Shown piece by piece: positions 52,591-64,000 of a stretch of DNA of 64,000 nucleotides (within the stretch, counting starts at the first letter, position 1; the number at the start of each line of letters is the position of its first letter). Origin of the DNA: Toensbergia leucococca (taxonomy: Eukaryota); the NCBI GenBank assembly GCA_022813965.1, contig JALDZS010000016.1:124001-188000 (forward strand), written 5' to 3'. Made by a program: the position numbers and the translations under genes. Below the pieces are notes generated by a model. It searched no databases. It saw nothing but the letters and a program-made list of their open reading frames with translations, and was not told where the DNA came from.

Positions 52591-54540
52591 ATGCCCAATT
52601 TTTCAGCTCAGGATCTCTTGAGTCATGGTCACAACTTCTTCTCCATCTCGCAACGTCACTTCTACGATGCCTTCAACAAGCATCCTTACCTTACCGTTGT
52701 CTTACCAATCCTAGTCTTCTACATGAGCTTGGTCCGCTACCTTCGTTTCAACAATGTTGATCGTCTCAAAAAGAAATATGGCTATACCCATCTTCAGCAC
52801 TCATTCGACGCTATGACTGTTGAGGAGGCTCAAGAGATCGAGCGTAATATGGCAGAGTGGGACTTTCCATTTCTCTTCGAATTTGGTTGGATCATTGAAT
52901 TCCTCAAGGTATGGGACACCCCCTTTTTTTTGGCTCCGCTTCTTGCACAACTTCAGATTGTTCGACCCCTGTGAACATGCTTGGCGCCCTTTTGGTAAAA
53001 CGCGGCGGGATCGCAACCATCATTCCACGGCCATCTGAATAAAAGTTTTATGGTGATCTCGGGGATGTGACAACACACTTGCAGTCCTCAATATCGAGTT
53101 CATGTGGCTACCCGCTGGATGGGTCGCACATCTGCATTATTAGTCGGGGCATCGCGTTTGGCAACCTGTCAGATCTCTGCTAACATCCGATATCTCACAG
53201 ACTGCCACTACTCCGCACGTCTCCAAATTAATCTGCGACACAGGCCATTTTGGCAATCCCGATCCCATAATTGCACATGCTAGACAGCAGGATACTGTGT
53301 GTCTCATGACCGCTATGACGGCCCAGCCAATGGATTCCGAGTTCAGCGCTCTAGTATTAGCTAGGATCAATGAACATCACAATAAATATGGCGATCGGAT
53401 CAATAGTGATGTCCTCCTATGGCTCATATGGTAGGATTGCGGGACGCTGCATAATTTCCAGATTAGGCTGATACCCGTAGGATGTTCATGGATGGTCCAG
53501 TTCGCTGGATCAACCTTGGTGGATGGCGTAAGCTCGAACCTTTTGAGGTCCATGCAATGTGGATTATCTGGCGTGAGCTAGCTATTCGCATGGGTTGCAA
53601 GTGGGTTCCCACACATCTCCATGAATTCGAACATTTTCGTCAAGTAGCCGTTCCATTTTTCCTAACATAGCCTCGTCTCATCCGCTGACCACAATACAGG
53701 AACTGGCTCTTGCAGAACAGAGACCCAGCAAGTACAATACCCTATTCTCCGATTATATCGTTGACGCCGTTATTTTTACGGTCCCGGATTTCCTCAAACC
53801 CATAGCTAGGAAATGTATCATTGCCGTTCTCGATAGCGACGTAGTTTGCTTTAATGAGTAAGCTCATACCATGACCCTTGTTGTGCGTGTATTCACATCA
53901 TGGCTCTTAGATACCAGAAGGAGTTCTCTCCAATCTTGAGACGAGTGTTATTCTTTCTCTTGAAAACTTGGGCTCTCGTCCAACGCCACTTCTGCTTGCC
54001 TCGTATCTGGGGCCGCGTACTTACACCCTCAGAGCTTAATTCCAATGGTCTTGTCAACTTCCCGGACTACACCTACCCATCTACCCCCTTCTACATCGCT
54101 CCAACTCTCTGGAATCGATGGGGCCCAACCGCAATACTCCTTCGTCTCCGAGGGTTGCCGGTTCCCGGACCCAAGTACGGCAGCATTGGTGTGAAATGGG
54201 AGTCGATGGGTGCCAAGCTCCGAGACGCCACGCTTCAAGCCAGATCCGAAGCTCATGTGCGCGAGGAAGCTAGTCTGCTTCTCTCCCAAGGTTGGGGGTA
54301 TCGTGCCAATGTCAAGTTCCAGGCACGACCCATCATCATCGATAAGCACTGGGGCCAAGGATATGGAACTCGTGAATTTGCCTACACCGAGGAAGCACTT
54401 GCGGCCAATGACCACAAGGGTCGTAAGTAGCTTCGCGCCATGGTAAGTGTCTCTTGGGATTTTACGACTTTGGCGTAGGTCCTGATTAGACAGAGCTGTG
54501 GACTAAATTGGACTTTCCATCTAAATGCCGTTTTGGATGA
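52591..54540 (+). CDS. ER-bound oxygenase MpaB-like (rubber-oxygenase/DUF2236-type fold)
   Basis: N-terminal TM then LVRYLRF, MTVEEAQEI, FPFLFE, ARQQDT, LARINEHH, PVRWI..GWRKL..E..A..IIWRELAIRMG, PFYIAPTLWNRWGP; ends at 54430 if the last candidate intron is retained. Confidence 0.75.
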
Positions 54541-55523
54541 GAATTTGTTGTTGTCGGGCGAAGTAGATTGAGTCTTGGTTCCTTTCGGCAATCTGGCATA
54601 GCTGAAAGGACACTGCTTCATAAAATTCAGAGAAGATACAGAAGGACGAGCTGGTTTCGGCTACCTTTTCAATATGATGACTCGAATCGACAGTTTCTTT
54701 TCACCTGGATAGAATGAGAGAAAAGAAACCTCCTTTTTGTGAAATCATCCCAGGGTATCAAGTGTGAAGATTATATGTTTTGAGGTGTGAGTCTTGTTGC
54801 TTTAAGAATGATGATAAATGTGCGCGTTTGGTGAACAAAAAAACACTTTTTAAGGTACCTCGGGACTGTTTAACGATCACTAACCCTCATCCTCCATATA
54901 TTAGATATTACTGATCAAAGACCGAGCCAATTCACTCTCGTTCACATCAGCGACATTAAATAATCCAAATTAAACCCCTCATAACCTCAGTATTTATACA
55001 AAAGAATCTGATAAGAATCATGAGAATTATACTCTAGTTTTTTCCCCGAAACTGTCACAATAACCATACTCTATATGCGCGTCTGGCACAATGGAAGTAA
55101 ACAAGGAGTAAAGTGGTGCGGGGCTGAAGGAAGGAAAAAGTGAAGAATGACTAAAGTCTTCACCACCATTTTATGACAATATCGCATGAATATCTTGCAT
55201 CACGTGCTATTGTCCTTGCACTCATACTCGTACAAGTACAAGTAACTCGTCCTCAAACCTACGAGTTGCAAGTACACCGGCACATTGATTGACACACGAG
55301 ATATGACTCAATGACAAGATACTACTGGCCTACAAGGGATACTCCTAAATCTCGTTTTTGAGACGGCGGGGATTTCGCTGGTAGTGGGAGGGTGCAGCAA
55401 GGAAACAAAAGAGCATATGTTTTAAATCCACCACTCCGACGTCGCCGACGACAGATGACGCCACCGCTATGCACAACCATCCTCCTCAAAAACCCTCCCT
55501 CTTTACCCAGCAAAATACCAATC

Positions 55524-58112
55524 CTAACCCCTTCCTCCACCATCCTCCCGATTCGCTCTCTCCACCAATCTCAAAGCCTCATCCATCACATCCCCTCCTA
55601 CCCTCCAACTCTTTAATAAGACACCCTTTTCCCCAAAAATATCCCTCGCTCTTGCCCACCTCCGCCGCCAAAGCTCCTCTTTTTTGTTCACCGGCGAAGA
55701 AGCAGGAGCATTCCCCATCGTTTCATCTGTAAAGCCGTCTGCGAGGTTGCCGTTCCAGCTAACACTGATGCGGTTAGTGGCGTAGCGGGCCGCGGCCACC
55801 GGGTAAGAGGTTAAGGTTCGGCGCGGAGGTACTGGTGGCGGGGGTCGTTTGGACGGATCAGTTGAGGGGGTGTGGGGGGTAGAGGGAGATGAATTGGGGG
55901 TCTCGGCCGATTGGTATCCCTGGGCGCCGTAGAGGTAATAAGCGGGCGAAGGGAGGGCATTATAGACCGAGGCAGCTGTGTCACGAACAGAAGAGCTGTA
56001 GGCTTGACGGTCGAAAGACCTGGCTCTAGCGTCAGGTGGGGACATGCTGAGATTTTGGGTTTGGGATAAGGGGCTCGGCTCGGCCGGATGAGTGGAGTCT
56101 AGGGAGTTGGAGAGTACTCGCGGTTTCGGGGGTGGGGTAGGACCTTTGCGTATGGGAGATAGGGAGGAAGGTGATTCTGAGATTCTGGGATCTTCCTCGC
56201 CGGATGTACTTCGTAGGGCCATAGGTTTTAACGGACGGGGTGGTAGGCTCTTGGTTGACTGGGTGGATGCCTTTCTTTCCGCTTCTGTCATCCCCGACTC
56301 CGTGATTGAACGGTGGAGTTTCGGTGGATCGTCGCCGAACTCTATCAAGGTACCCATGACTGGGCCCGTCTGTGTCGGCTGTCTTGTTGGAAGCAACGGC
56401 TTTCGCTCATGCTTGATTCCAGACTTCTTTGGCGAAACGCTCCCGCTATTCCTCCCTCTTCCACGTAGTGGTGATCGAGAAGTACGCTCCCCGTTCCGCG
56501 TCCCATTGGAATCAAAGAATCCATGATATGGCGATGTAGTCACGTCCCTGATAAAAACGCCGAGGATTCTTCCTGGGTTCGCGATAACGATATCAGTATA
56601 TAATTCAAGATCAGCTTCGCCACTATCTCCAACTAAAATGAATCGTCTTTCCGGAAAGTCACTCAAGATCCTTTCCAAAGTTCCTTTCTTCCGTTCTGCG
56701 ACAGGTTCGAATATCCCTTGTAGCATACCAGTGTATCTCTTCAAGTGGAACGATCCTGAAGGCAAGCCGGCTGCAGCGAAAAAACTCACAAGCACTGGGT
56801 ACAATTGCCACGGCGAATTGGATACATAGTGAAGCTTCACGCCCATATCCGACAGTTTACAGTACCATTCCTTGACTCCATCGATTGTAAGGTCCCCAAG
56901 GTCGCGAATAAAAGTGTTGCGAAATATCTCTTTTGCGCCGCTGCTGATGCCAGAGTGCTTTATGGTGTCATCAATATCACTAATCATACTGACCCCTTTC
57001 GGTTCAGTGATACGGACTTCCTCGACAATTGATAATTTTTCGTTGGCTATTACTCGAATGTGCGTCGGTAAGAAGCTCAGAGCAGCTCTAACTGTAAAAT
57101 GCCCGGACGCTTCGTCGGTAATGACCGATCGGCGTTCTGATGATTTATCGTTGTAGAAAAAAATGCTTAGATTGATGCTGGCTAATGGGTTGGTGAGGAA
57201 AGGGGTTAGTCTCGCCATGAGGTGTGCGTTGGCAGCAGAAACCTCAGCTGGAGTCATATCAGTAGGATGATTCCATGAGGATCTTTTTTCTAGCAGTCCA
57301 GGTCCTGGAGCATCATTCTGCCCATCCGTCCAAGGACGATGATGTTGGCGTATGCGGGAGTCTTTGTATTTCTCTGGTGACGGGCTGCGACTTTCGCTCT
57401 TAGCACTAAACATACTTGATCGATCATCAAGATCACGGCCAGGGGCTTCGCTGTAGCCTCCCCTCCAAGCAATGTTTGCTTCTCCTTCTCCCTTCTTCGT
57501 GATAGATTCGACCTCTTTTTCCACAACCTCTTCCTCGTACCTTCTATCCCGCAGAGAGCGGGGACTCGATGCTCTGCTGTTACTCTTACTACCAGAGGGG
57601 CCAGGTAGACCAGTCATTTGTCTAGCAAGTGCGAGAAGTATTTTATTTTTGCGAGTCATTGGGCCCTTGTGAGGGGAATAGATCCATCCTCTGACGTCGA
57701 CATCCACGATAGCGGTGTCGTCTTCATACTTTTTCCATTCTTTCTCCCAGTACTCTGCATCATTTTGGGTTCCTGCGCTACTTCGTAAGTCCTGCGAAGA
57801 GCCTGGTACTTCGTGCTCTCGTGTCTGATGTTTCTTCTTCACATGTCTCTTGGCATAACTTGGGAAAAGAACCATCTCTTCACCACCGCTCTGTACAATT
57901 GTTGCATCTGGAAATGCGCCTGGTATGTTTGCCTCGGCCTCATCCGCCTCGCCATCTACCTGGCCTCGTGATATATAGGATTGCTGGTAGGACTGCCGAA
58001 GCTCATTCGCCGCCTTCAAGTATCCTACAAACTTCCTCCGTCGGGTCCCCCTCTCAGATCCATAGCCGTTAACGCTACTGCCGAACGACTCAGGATATCC
58101 TGGCAGTGTCAT
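55524..58112 (-). CDS. APP1: Phosphatidate phosphatase App1 (actin patch protein), intronless
   Basis: ISDIDDTIKH DxDxT motif, YVSNSPWQL, GSFHLK, LVGDSGEADLE, IFIRDV-like motif, Pro-rich tail; first in-frame ATG at 58112. Confidence 0.93.
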   Translation of the reverse strand: MTLPGYPESFGSSVNGYGSERGTRRRKFVGYLKAANELRQSYQQSYISRGQVDGEADEAEANIPGAFPDATIVQSGGEEMVLFPSYAKRHVKKKHQTREHEVPGSSQDLRSSAGTQNDAEYWEKEWKKYEDDTAIVDVDVRGWIYSPHKGPMTRKNKILLALARQMTGLPGPSGSKSNSRASSPRSLRDRRYEEEVVEKEVESITKKGEGEANIAWRGGYSEAPGRDLDDRSSMFSAKSESRSPSPEKYKDSRIRQHHRPWTDGQNDAPGPGLLEKRSSWNHPTDMTPAEVSAANAHLMARLTPFLTNPLASINLSIFFYNDKSSERRSVITDEASGHFTVRAALSFLPTHIRVIANEKLSIVEEVRITEPKGVSMISDIDDTIKHSGISSGAKEIFRNTFIRDLGDLTIDGVKEWYCKLSDMGVKLHYVSNSPWQLYPVLVSFFAAAGLPSGSFHLKRYTGMLQGIFEPVAERKKGTLERILSDFPERRFILVGDSGEADLELYTDIVIANPGRILGVFIRDVTTSPYHGFFDSNGTRNGERTSRSPLRGRGRNSGSVSPKKSGIKHERKPLLPTRQPTQTGPVMGTLIEFGDDPPKLHRSITESGMTEAERKASTQSTKSLPPRPLKPMALRSTSGEEDPRISESPSSLSPIRKGPTPPPKPRVLSNSLDSTHPAEPSPLSQTQNLSMSPPDARARSFDRQAYSSSVRDTAASVYNALPSPAYYLYGAQGYQSAETPNSSPSTPHTPSTDPSKRPPPPVPPRRTLTSYPVAAARYATNRISVSWNGNLADGFTDETMGNAPASSPVNKKEELWRRRWARARDIFGEKGVLLKSWRVGGDVMDEALRLVERANREDGGGRG

Positions 58113-59317
58113 CTTCGAACCCCAGACTGCCACATCATTTGGCGGAGATGCACCGAAGACTTTGGCTCGTCCTCGGAGTGACTGAAGGACACTCTTCCTA
58201 ATCGCTTTGCGTTTTTGTTGGATGCCTTGACGCTTTACAATGAATTTGTAGATGCGAGAATGTGCCTGTTGACGGTAGTATGGGAGGGTATCGTGCCTAA
58301 AAGCTGAAAGGCGGGCTTTGGCTTGTTGGCGTGTACGAGGGAAGAAATATTTCAAGAGCAGAAGGAAAGCACGGGACCGCGATGGTTGATGAGCCAGTTT
58401 CGTAAATCAGTCATTCAAGCCAGATTGGCGTAGAGTCATGAGGCCAAAATGATTCGAAAGGGGCATGAATTGCGCTTCTGGGAGTTGATCCAGGCACCTG
58501 GGTATTTATGACATCATACTCTATTCTATCTCCAGGCACAGCACTCTGTTTGGCTGCATATTTCGACCTCATACTTTGAATTCTCCTGCGACAGAACCAA
58601 TGAGCTTTAATATAAGCCAAAGGACTATTTGTACAGCCATACTCTATATCTTTCAATGAACGCTTTGTGTCTACGATACTTAGACTGCTTAAGAACAACA
58701 GCAAGACTCGCGGATGACCAGGCACGAGGACTAGGGTTTCCCGAAATGACACCGGCACATCTCCTCGAGGGACTCATTGCCATGTAAATTGAAGGTGACT
58801 CGATGGATTGAAATGCTTGCTGCCACTTGCAGAAGCTATTCCAGCACGAAATGAGAGCCGTGTGCTACGTATGATGCGAGTACATGTTTTCATTATCCAC
58901 GAGAAAGAACAGATACCAGGTACCAGTATCATTTGAAAATTCTTCATCTCAACTCAAGCTGCCATTTTAGGGAATTTGAACGGCCATGTGATCCCATCCA
59001 ATGCGAAGTCCTGCCTCTGAAATCTCGCTTAGGCAAACGCCTTTTCGAGGGGGAGTGGGCCTCAAATAGGTAGGTGTGAGATGTGTATAGCGCTTTGTGA
59101 GGCAAGTGGCTGGCCATATCAACATCAACACAGTAAGCACTACTCAAGCAGTACCCTATCAGGCTACAGGACGTCATGTGGCGCCTTTCTCCTCGTCTCT
59201 CAAATTCATATAGAAGATTTATCTCTATTGCTGTTTGTTAAACGTGTCGAATGGCTTTTACCGCAAAAGCGCCACTGGAATTGCGGGCTTGATATGAAGC
59301 AATTGTTCTAGCCGTTG

Positions 59318-59351
59318 TATCTATTATTGCTTTGCAAAGCAATAATAGATA
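59318..59351. repeat. Perfect 34-bp spacerless palindrome
   Basis: TATCTATTATTGCTTTG|CAAAGCAATAATAGATA; both strand ORFs in the track read YLLLLCKAIID here. Confidence 0.95.
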
Positions 59352-59447
59352 GCAGTTCTCTGAGAATCTCTCTCCATCCCAGTAAAACTCTAGCGGATTC
59401 AAATTCGGAGAATTTTCTGGCTTACCTGATAATTGCAATTTATCAGA

Positions 59448-61127
59448 ATGTTAAAGATCTCATATATCTTTGTCTTCTTTCTTTCTTTGCTTCCCACAAC
59501 GCTGAGCCAGGACTATCCTCCTTCAATTCTTCATATCATTCAGGCCGCCAAGGCTGGTAAGTGGGCGTCCACTTCAAATTAGTATCCAAGCCTAATATAA
59601 AGTATATTGATTGATCTAGATGGAATCAATTTGCTCGCATTGCCTTTCGCTGCTGCCGCCTTTGCCTCCATTGAAGCAATTCAGAAACCTGTGGCTGCAA
59701 ATGCGTCGAAGACCCTCAATGGTACGAGAATTGACACGCATGGTAAGAAATCTGAATTTTTGAAAACAGATTTGTTTCAGTATCTCTAAAGTTGCCTGTC
59801 CACGTGTATAGTTCATGTCGTCCCAGACTGGTATCGCGCGATAGTGCCCACGACGGGAGGCAACCCTACTCCAGAATGGGATCTTGAAAGTCACCTAAGC
59901 TTTATGGCTACTTACGGTCAGCTCACCCTGCGACATCCTACTCAATTTACTCACCGTTCCTGCCAGGTATCAAACATGATATAATCTCGATATCAAGCCC
60001 AGGTTCTGGTGTTTACCTTGGAAATGAGACCGCATCTGTCGGATTAGCCAGATTGCTAAACGAGGTAGCATGATCCCGCATAAACTTAGACAGCTTGGCT
60101 TACTAAATGGCCGTATCTACTAGTGGGTGGCAGCGGTATGTCCTGTCTTCTTGTTTCAACGAGAAATAGCTCATGTCTATTGCTGCTAGCTCGTCCGAAC
60201 TTATCCAAACACATTCTCGTTCTATGCAGTGATACCTCTACCATACGTCGCAGCCGCGTAAGTGCATTAAACTCGCTCTGTATTTTCAAACCGAGATTAT
60301 TTCTTTCTTTCTTCACCTCTTTGCTACCTTCGATCCTCAGCTCACGTCCAATCCAAGTATCAAAGAAGCAAATTATGCTCTTACTCATCTTGGTGCTCTC
60401 GGCGTTGTCCTCCTCTCAAATCACGAGGGCAAATACCTTGGTAACCCAATCTTAACGCCTTTCTTCTCATACCTTCAATCCCGGAATAGCAGCCACGAGG
60501 TAGTATTTATTCATCCAAATAGCCCAGTCTTAAATCTTAATGGAAGTTTCATATCCGCGGATCCGACCGTATATCCACCTGGTATTGTGGAATTCTACTT
60601 TGAGACCGCACGTACAATCATGGATCTGACAATATCACAAACAATCAACAATTTCACGAAGCTCCACTACGTCATACCGCATGTTGGCGGTTCGTTCCCA
60701 TCTATTGAAGATAGGTTTATAAAGTCATACCCGGCCCTGGAGTCGCCGGCGAAACAGATATTCAATTCGCGGTAAGCCAAGAAAAGTCGAATGAAAGGAC
60801 TTGAGCATGATTAAAAACGGACTGACTTCTGGTAGGTTTTGGTGGGATAGCGCAGGCCCAGTGTATTACGACCAGGTCAAGGGATTGCTAGGATATGGTG
60901 TTCCAACAAGTCAGTTGGTATTTGGAACGGTATGTTTGCTCATTCTTGTTATGTGTAGGAAAGTTTGCGAAATATTGAGCTGCTGATTTGCGGATATTTA
61001 GGACTATCCGTACGTACCGCCATTCACGTACACAGGATCCATCGCTGCAATTGAGGATGCGACATTCCTCACAGCAGAAGAAAAGCAAACCATTTTCGTC
61101 CGGAATCTAGAAGCAGTATTCGCATGA
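59448..61127 (+). CDS. Amidohydrolase_2 family protein (ACMSD/aromatic-acid decarboxylase-like) with signal peptide
   Basis: MLKISYIFVFFLSLLPTTLSQ..., IDTHVH metal motif, ISISSPG, ARLLNE, NHEGKYLG, VFIHP, FETARTIMDL, PHVGG, FGTDYPY; about 9 exons including a 12-nt microexon 60124-60135. Confidence 0.88.
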
Positions 61128-61184
61128 GGGTTATTTGTGTCGAGTTCGATGTCATACCTCACGCTTATTTAATTGTTTAACTTC

Positions 61185-62560
61185 TTATAGCTCAATCAGT
61201 ATTTTTACATGATTATCTTTGTCATGAATCAGTGCTTTGAATCCCTTCTCTTCGACCTTGTCTAGTTTGATCTTTCTCGTTATCATCGCATCGGGTTTCA
61301 ATTGCCCTAGGTCACCATACGTCAGTTTGATGAAAAGAAGTTTTGAAACAAATATCGTCTTACCAGATGCCAGAGCATCGATGACATCCTGGAAATCTCC
61401 TTTGACATAGGTTGCCACTCCCATGTAGTGCCTCTCCCTAAAAACCAAAGCCTTCATGTTCATGGCAGCTGACTTTTCCCATATGGCAATATTCACCAAA
61501 GTCCCTCTCGCACGAATTGCCAAAATAGCCTGATCCAAACCTGCCTGTACGCCAGCCGCGTCAAACGCTACATTCACGCCCTGACCATTGCAAATCTCGA
61601 GAACGCGGGCTACAATGTTCTCTTTTGAGGGATCTAGCACATAATCGGCGCCAAATTGCTTTGCGAACTCTTTCCTCCGAGGTGCAATTTCGGACACAAT
61701 AATTTTTCCTACCCCCCTGGCTTTGAGGGATTGAATCACGGCGAGACCTATTGGGCCACCTCCGAGGACGAGAACGGAGTCTCCTTCTTTTAGAGGGCTA
61801 ATGTTCACGGCGTGCCATGCGACTGCCAACGGTTCGACGAGTGCTGGGTGTGGATTTCAATTTTATTTCAATGTTAGAACGGCGTCAAAGAAGCTCACCT
61901 CCGACCTCCATGGAAACACCTTCTGGTATTTCGTACACGCTTGCTCGGGGGACGACAACGTGCTCGGATAAACCGCCACCCCAGCCTGTGCAGCTTTTCA
62001 GTACCAGTCTTCTTTGTCTTATTCGGGGTATTACCGCTCAGTCCGACGAATCCGTTATTATCACAGCAGTTAATGAGACCCTCTTTACAGGCCCCACAGG
62101 TCCCATCGTATATGATGGGTTGGACCACGATCCTTGCGCCTACCTTGAGGTCGTCAATTCCTTCCCCAACCTCCTCCACCACTCCACTGAACTCATGACC
62201 CAGTGTGAGCGGGACACTTTCTCCGGTGATGGGGTGGGGGGTTGTTGGCATGATGTTGGCGCCTCCAAGGTATTCATGAAGGTCTGGAGCATTTTTTCTT
62301 TAGTGAGGATTGATGGCGCCAAGTAGATGCAAGCTCGACTTTTTGACATACCAGTGCCACAGATGCCTACAAAAGCGGGCTTGATCTAGATAGAGCATGC
62401 TTGGTTAATATTTTCCTTGGCCCCCTGGGAAAAGCACAATGTAATCCCCTACCTTTACTTGGCCTTTGCCACAGGTTGGCACGTCTACCTCATCTAGGCG
62501 GATGTCCTTCTGACCATGGAATCTTAGGGCCTTCATCTTTGTCACGGAAATGGAAGGCAT
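61185..62560 (-). CDS. Zn-dependent medium-chain dehydrogenase, 2,3-butanediol/polyol dehydrogenase-like
   Basis: MKALRFHG, GICGTDLHEY, LGHEFSG, CGAC..NCC, LVEPLAVAWHA, GGGPIG; start may be 62536. Confidence 0.92.
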
Positions 62561-64000
62561 GCTGTTTTTCTTTTTTTTCTTTTTTTTCTTTTTTTTTTTG
62601 CAGTTGATGAACACTGTAATTTCTTACAGTCGTAAAGATTCAATTGATCAGGACAAGTCCTAACTGATCATTGGATTGCTAGGACTACCTACCTTTGCAA
62701 AAGGCTTTATTGCCTGTATCCGTGCTTTTGTAATTATCCGTACTTGAGGCTGGGGCGAATTCAACCCCGCTTAAGGCTGGGTTTTTATGCAATTGCGGGG
62801 TATCCGTATCCGTATCTTACTAGAATACCCATTTTTCCGGCGCGACTTTCCTCGCCAACCTAACTCTCCTCTCCCAGGACCCTCTGCCTAAGGAAGCGTG
62901 GACAGTCACAGTCATGGTATCTACTCACTCAGAAGATATGATAATGATGATCTAAAGCAGATATGTATGTAAGTTATAATATACTTGATATTATTTGGCT
63001 CCTGCTATTGCGACGCCCCTTCTTGCTACATCGACACCCCCCCCCACCATACCCGATTAGGCCCCGGGCGCGATATCACCGAGGGAAATGTTATCATTCT
63101 ACACCACATCTTACCTCGATTCTCTACCACTTTGCAAGTCAATTACCTGTTCCAATTGCGTGCCATCTAGAAGCCAAATTACCTAGGGAATCTTCATACT
63201 TTTCCACCTCATTGCGACTTGATTTTCCACCCCATTTCGACTCGATTTGGCACCCCATCCGACCATGGGATAACAGGGTGTTTCATGATTTTGGAACGAG
63301 GTAGATAGCTTGCAAAATCACGATGTTTTTGCGCTCAGGGAGGTGATCGTGCGCCTGAGGGTAAGGGAATCAAGTCAGGATGTGGTACAAAAGCATTGGT
63401 TTTCTCCTGAGTAATTTGGCTTCTAGATGGCACGCAAATGAGACAAGTAAATGGCTTGCGAATGTGATAGGGAATTGAGGCAAGATGTGGTTGCGAAATG
63501 ATGAAATTTCCCTCGGTGGTATTGCGCCCGAGGGGGGGGTGTCCTTGTATCAAAAGGGGGTGTCCTGGTATCAATTCCCTACCGGAAATACATAGAACCA
63601 TCGTATCATGTCTCCATGTGTTCCTTATCTCAGGCGAGCCAGCATTCGCGATTGGCTCTGCCTTGACTGGACGTGGGGCTGCTGGATAAATATTCGGAGT
63701 TCTAAACGACCCCCCTGGACTTGAAAACACCATTCCAGCCAAAAGCACCCTCGCTGACTTTGTGTCGCCTCAGCTCATAAGAGCATGCTCAAGGACTACG
63801 ACGGAGAAGAAGGTCAAGCTCACCACAATACACTTCAGCGACTATCCTTGAGCTGTCGTCACAGCTTCAACTCGAAGTAATGTTTGTACGCCTCCGAGCA
63901 TCTTTCTTGGCCGCATTCTTTTGATGAGGGAGTCATCGATCCACGCCCAATAACATGGACGACTTGATCGATTTTTTCAAACTCGATACAGAAACCCATC

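Noticed and set aside
42880..62560. Secondary-metabolite cluster (TF, SDR, MIP, MpaB-like, decarboxylase, dehydrogenase)
   Set aside because: No PKS/NRPS/terpene backbone gene in the window, long spacers, and housekeeping APP1 interrupts; cannot exclude a backbone beyond 64000.
63335..64000. Possible gene at the right edge
   Set aside because: No recognisable motif or consistent exon structure within the window.

Overview
Gene-dense eukaryotic DNA from a filamentous ascomycete (Pezizomycotina-type proteins; short GT-AG introns with CTRAY branch sites). The species cannot be determined from the sequence. I can support about 24 protein-coding genes and one intron-containing tRNA-Leu(CAA). Most are housekeeping: LCB3-like phosphatase, GMP synthase, Rho4, Dad1, arrestin-fold protein, PPIL3 cyclophilin, ZPR1, agmatinase, MATE, PRMT5/Skb1, Prp43, Tma46, Ost4, Rpl26, Acr-2-like regulator, App1. 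The right third is more metabolic: SDR, aquaglyceroporin, MpaB-like oxygenase, secreted amidohydrolase, Zn-dehydrogenase. Gene models were spliced by hand and identities come from recalled family motifs, not database searches. There is no CRISPR array, rRNA or intact transposon. The best leads are: a frame-preserving 63-nt cassette exon inside a PRMT5/skb1 intron; a CUG-initiated, presequence-like 95-aa extension of App1 bracketed by uORFs; an orphan PD-(D/E)XK nuclease-like gene beside repeats and a CpG-free relic; a spliced 90-aa four-Cys microprotein missing from the ORF track; a perfect 34-bp palindrome; and alternating C-rich/G-rich blocks that override gene orientation.
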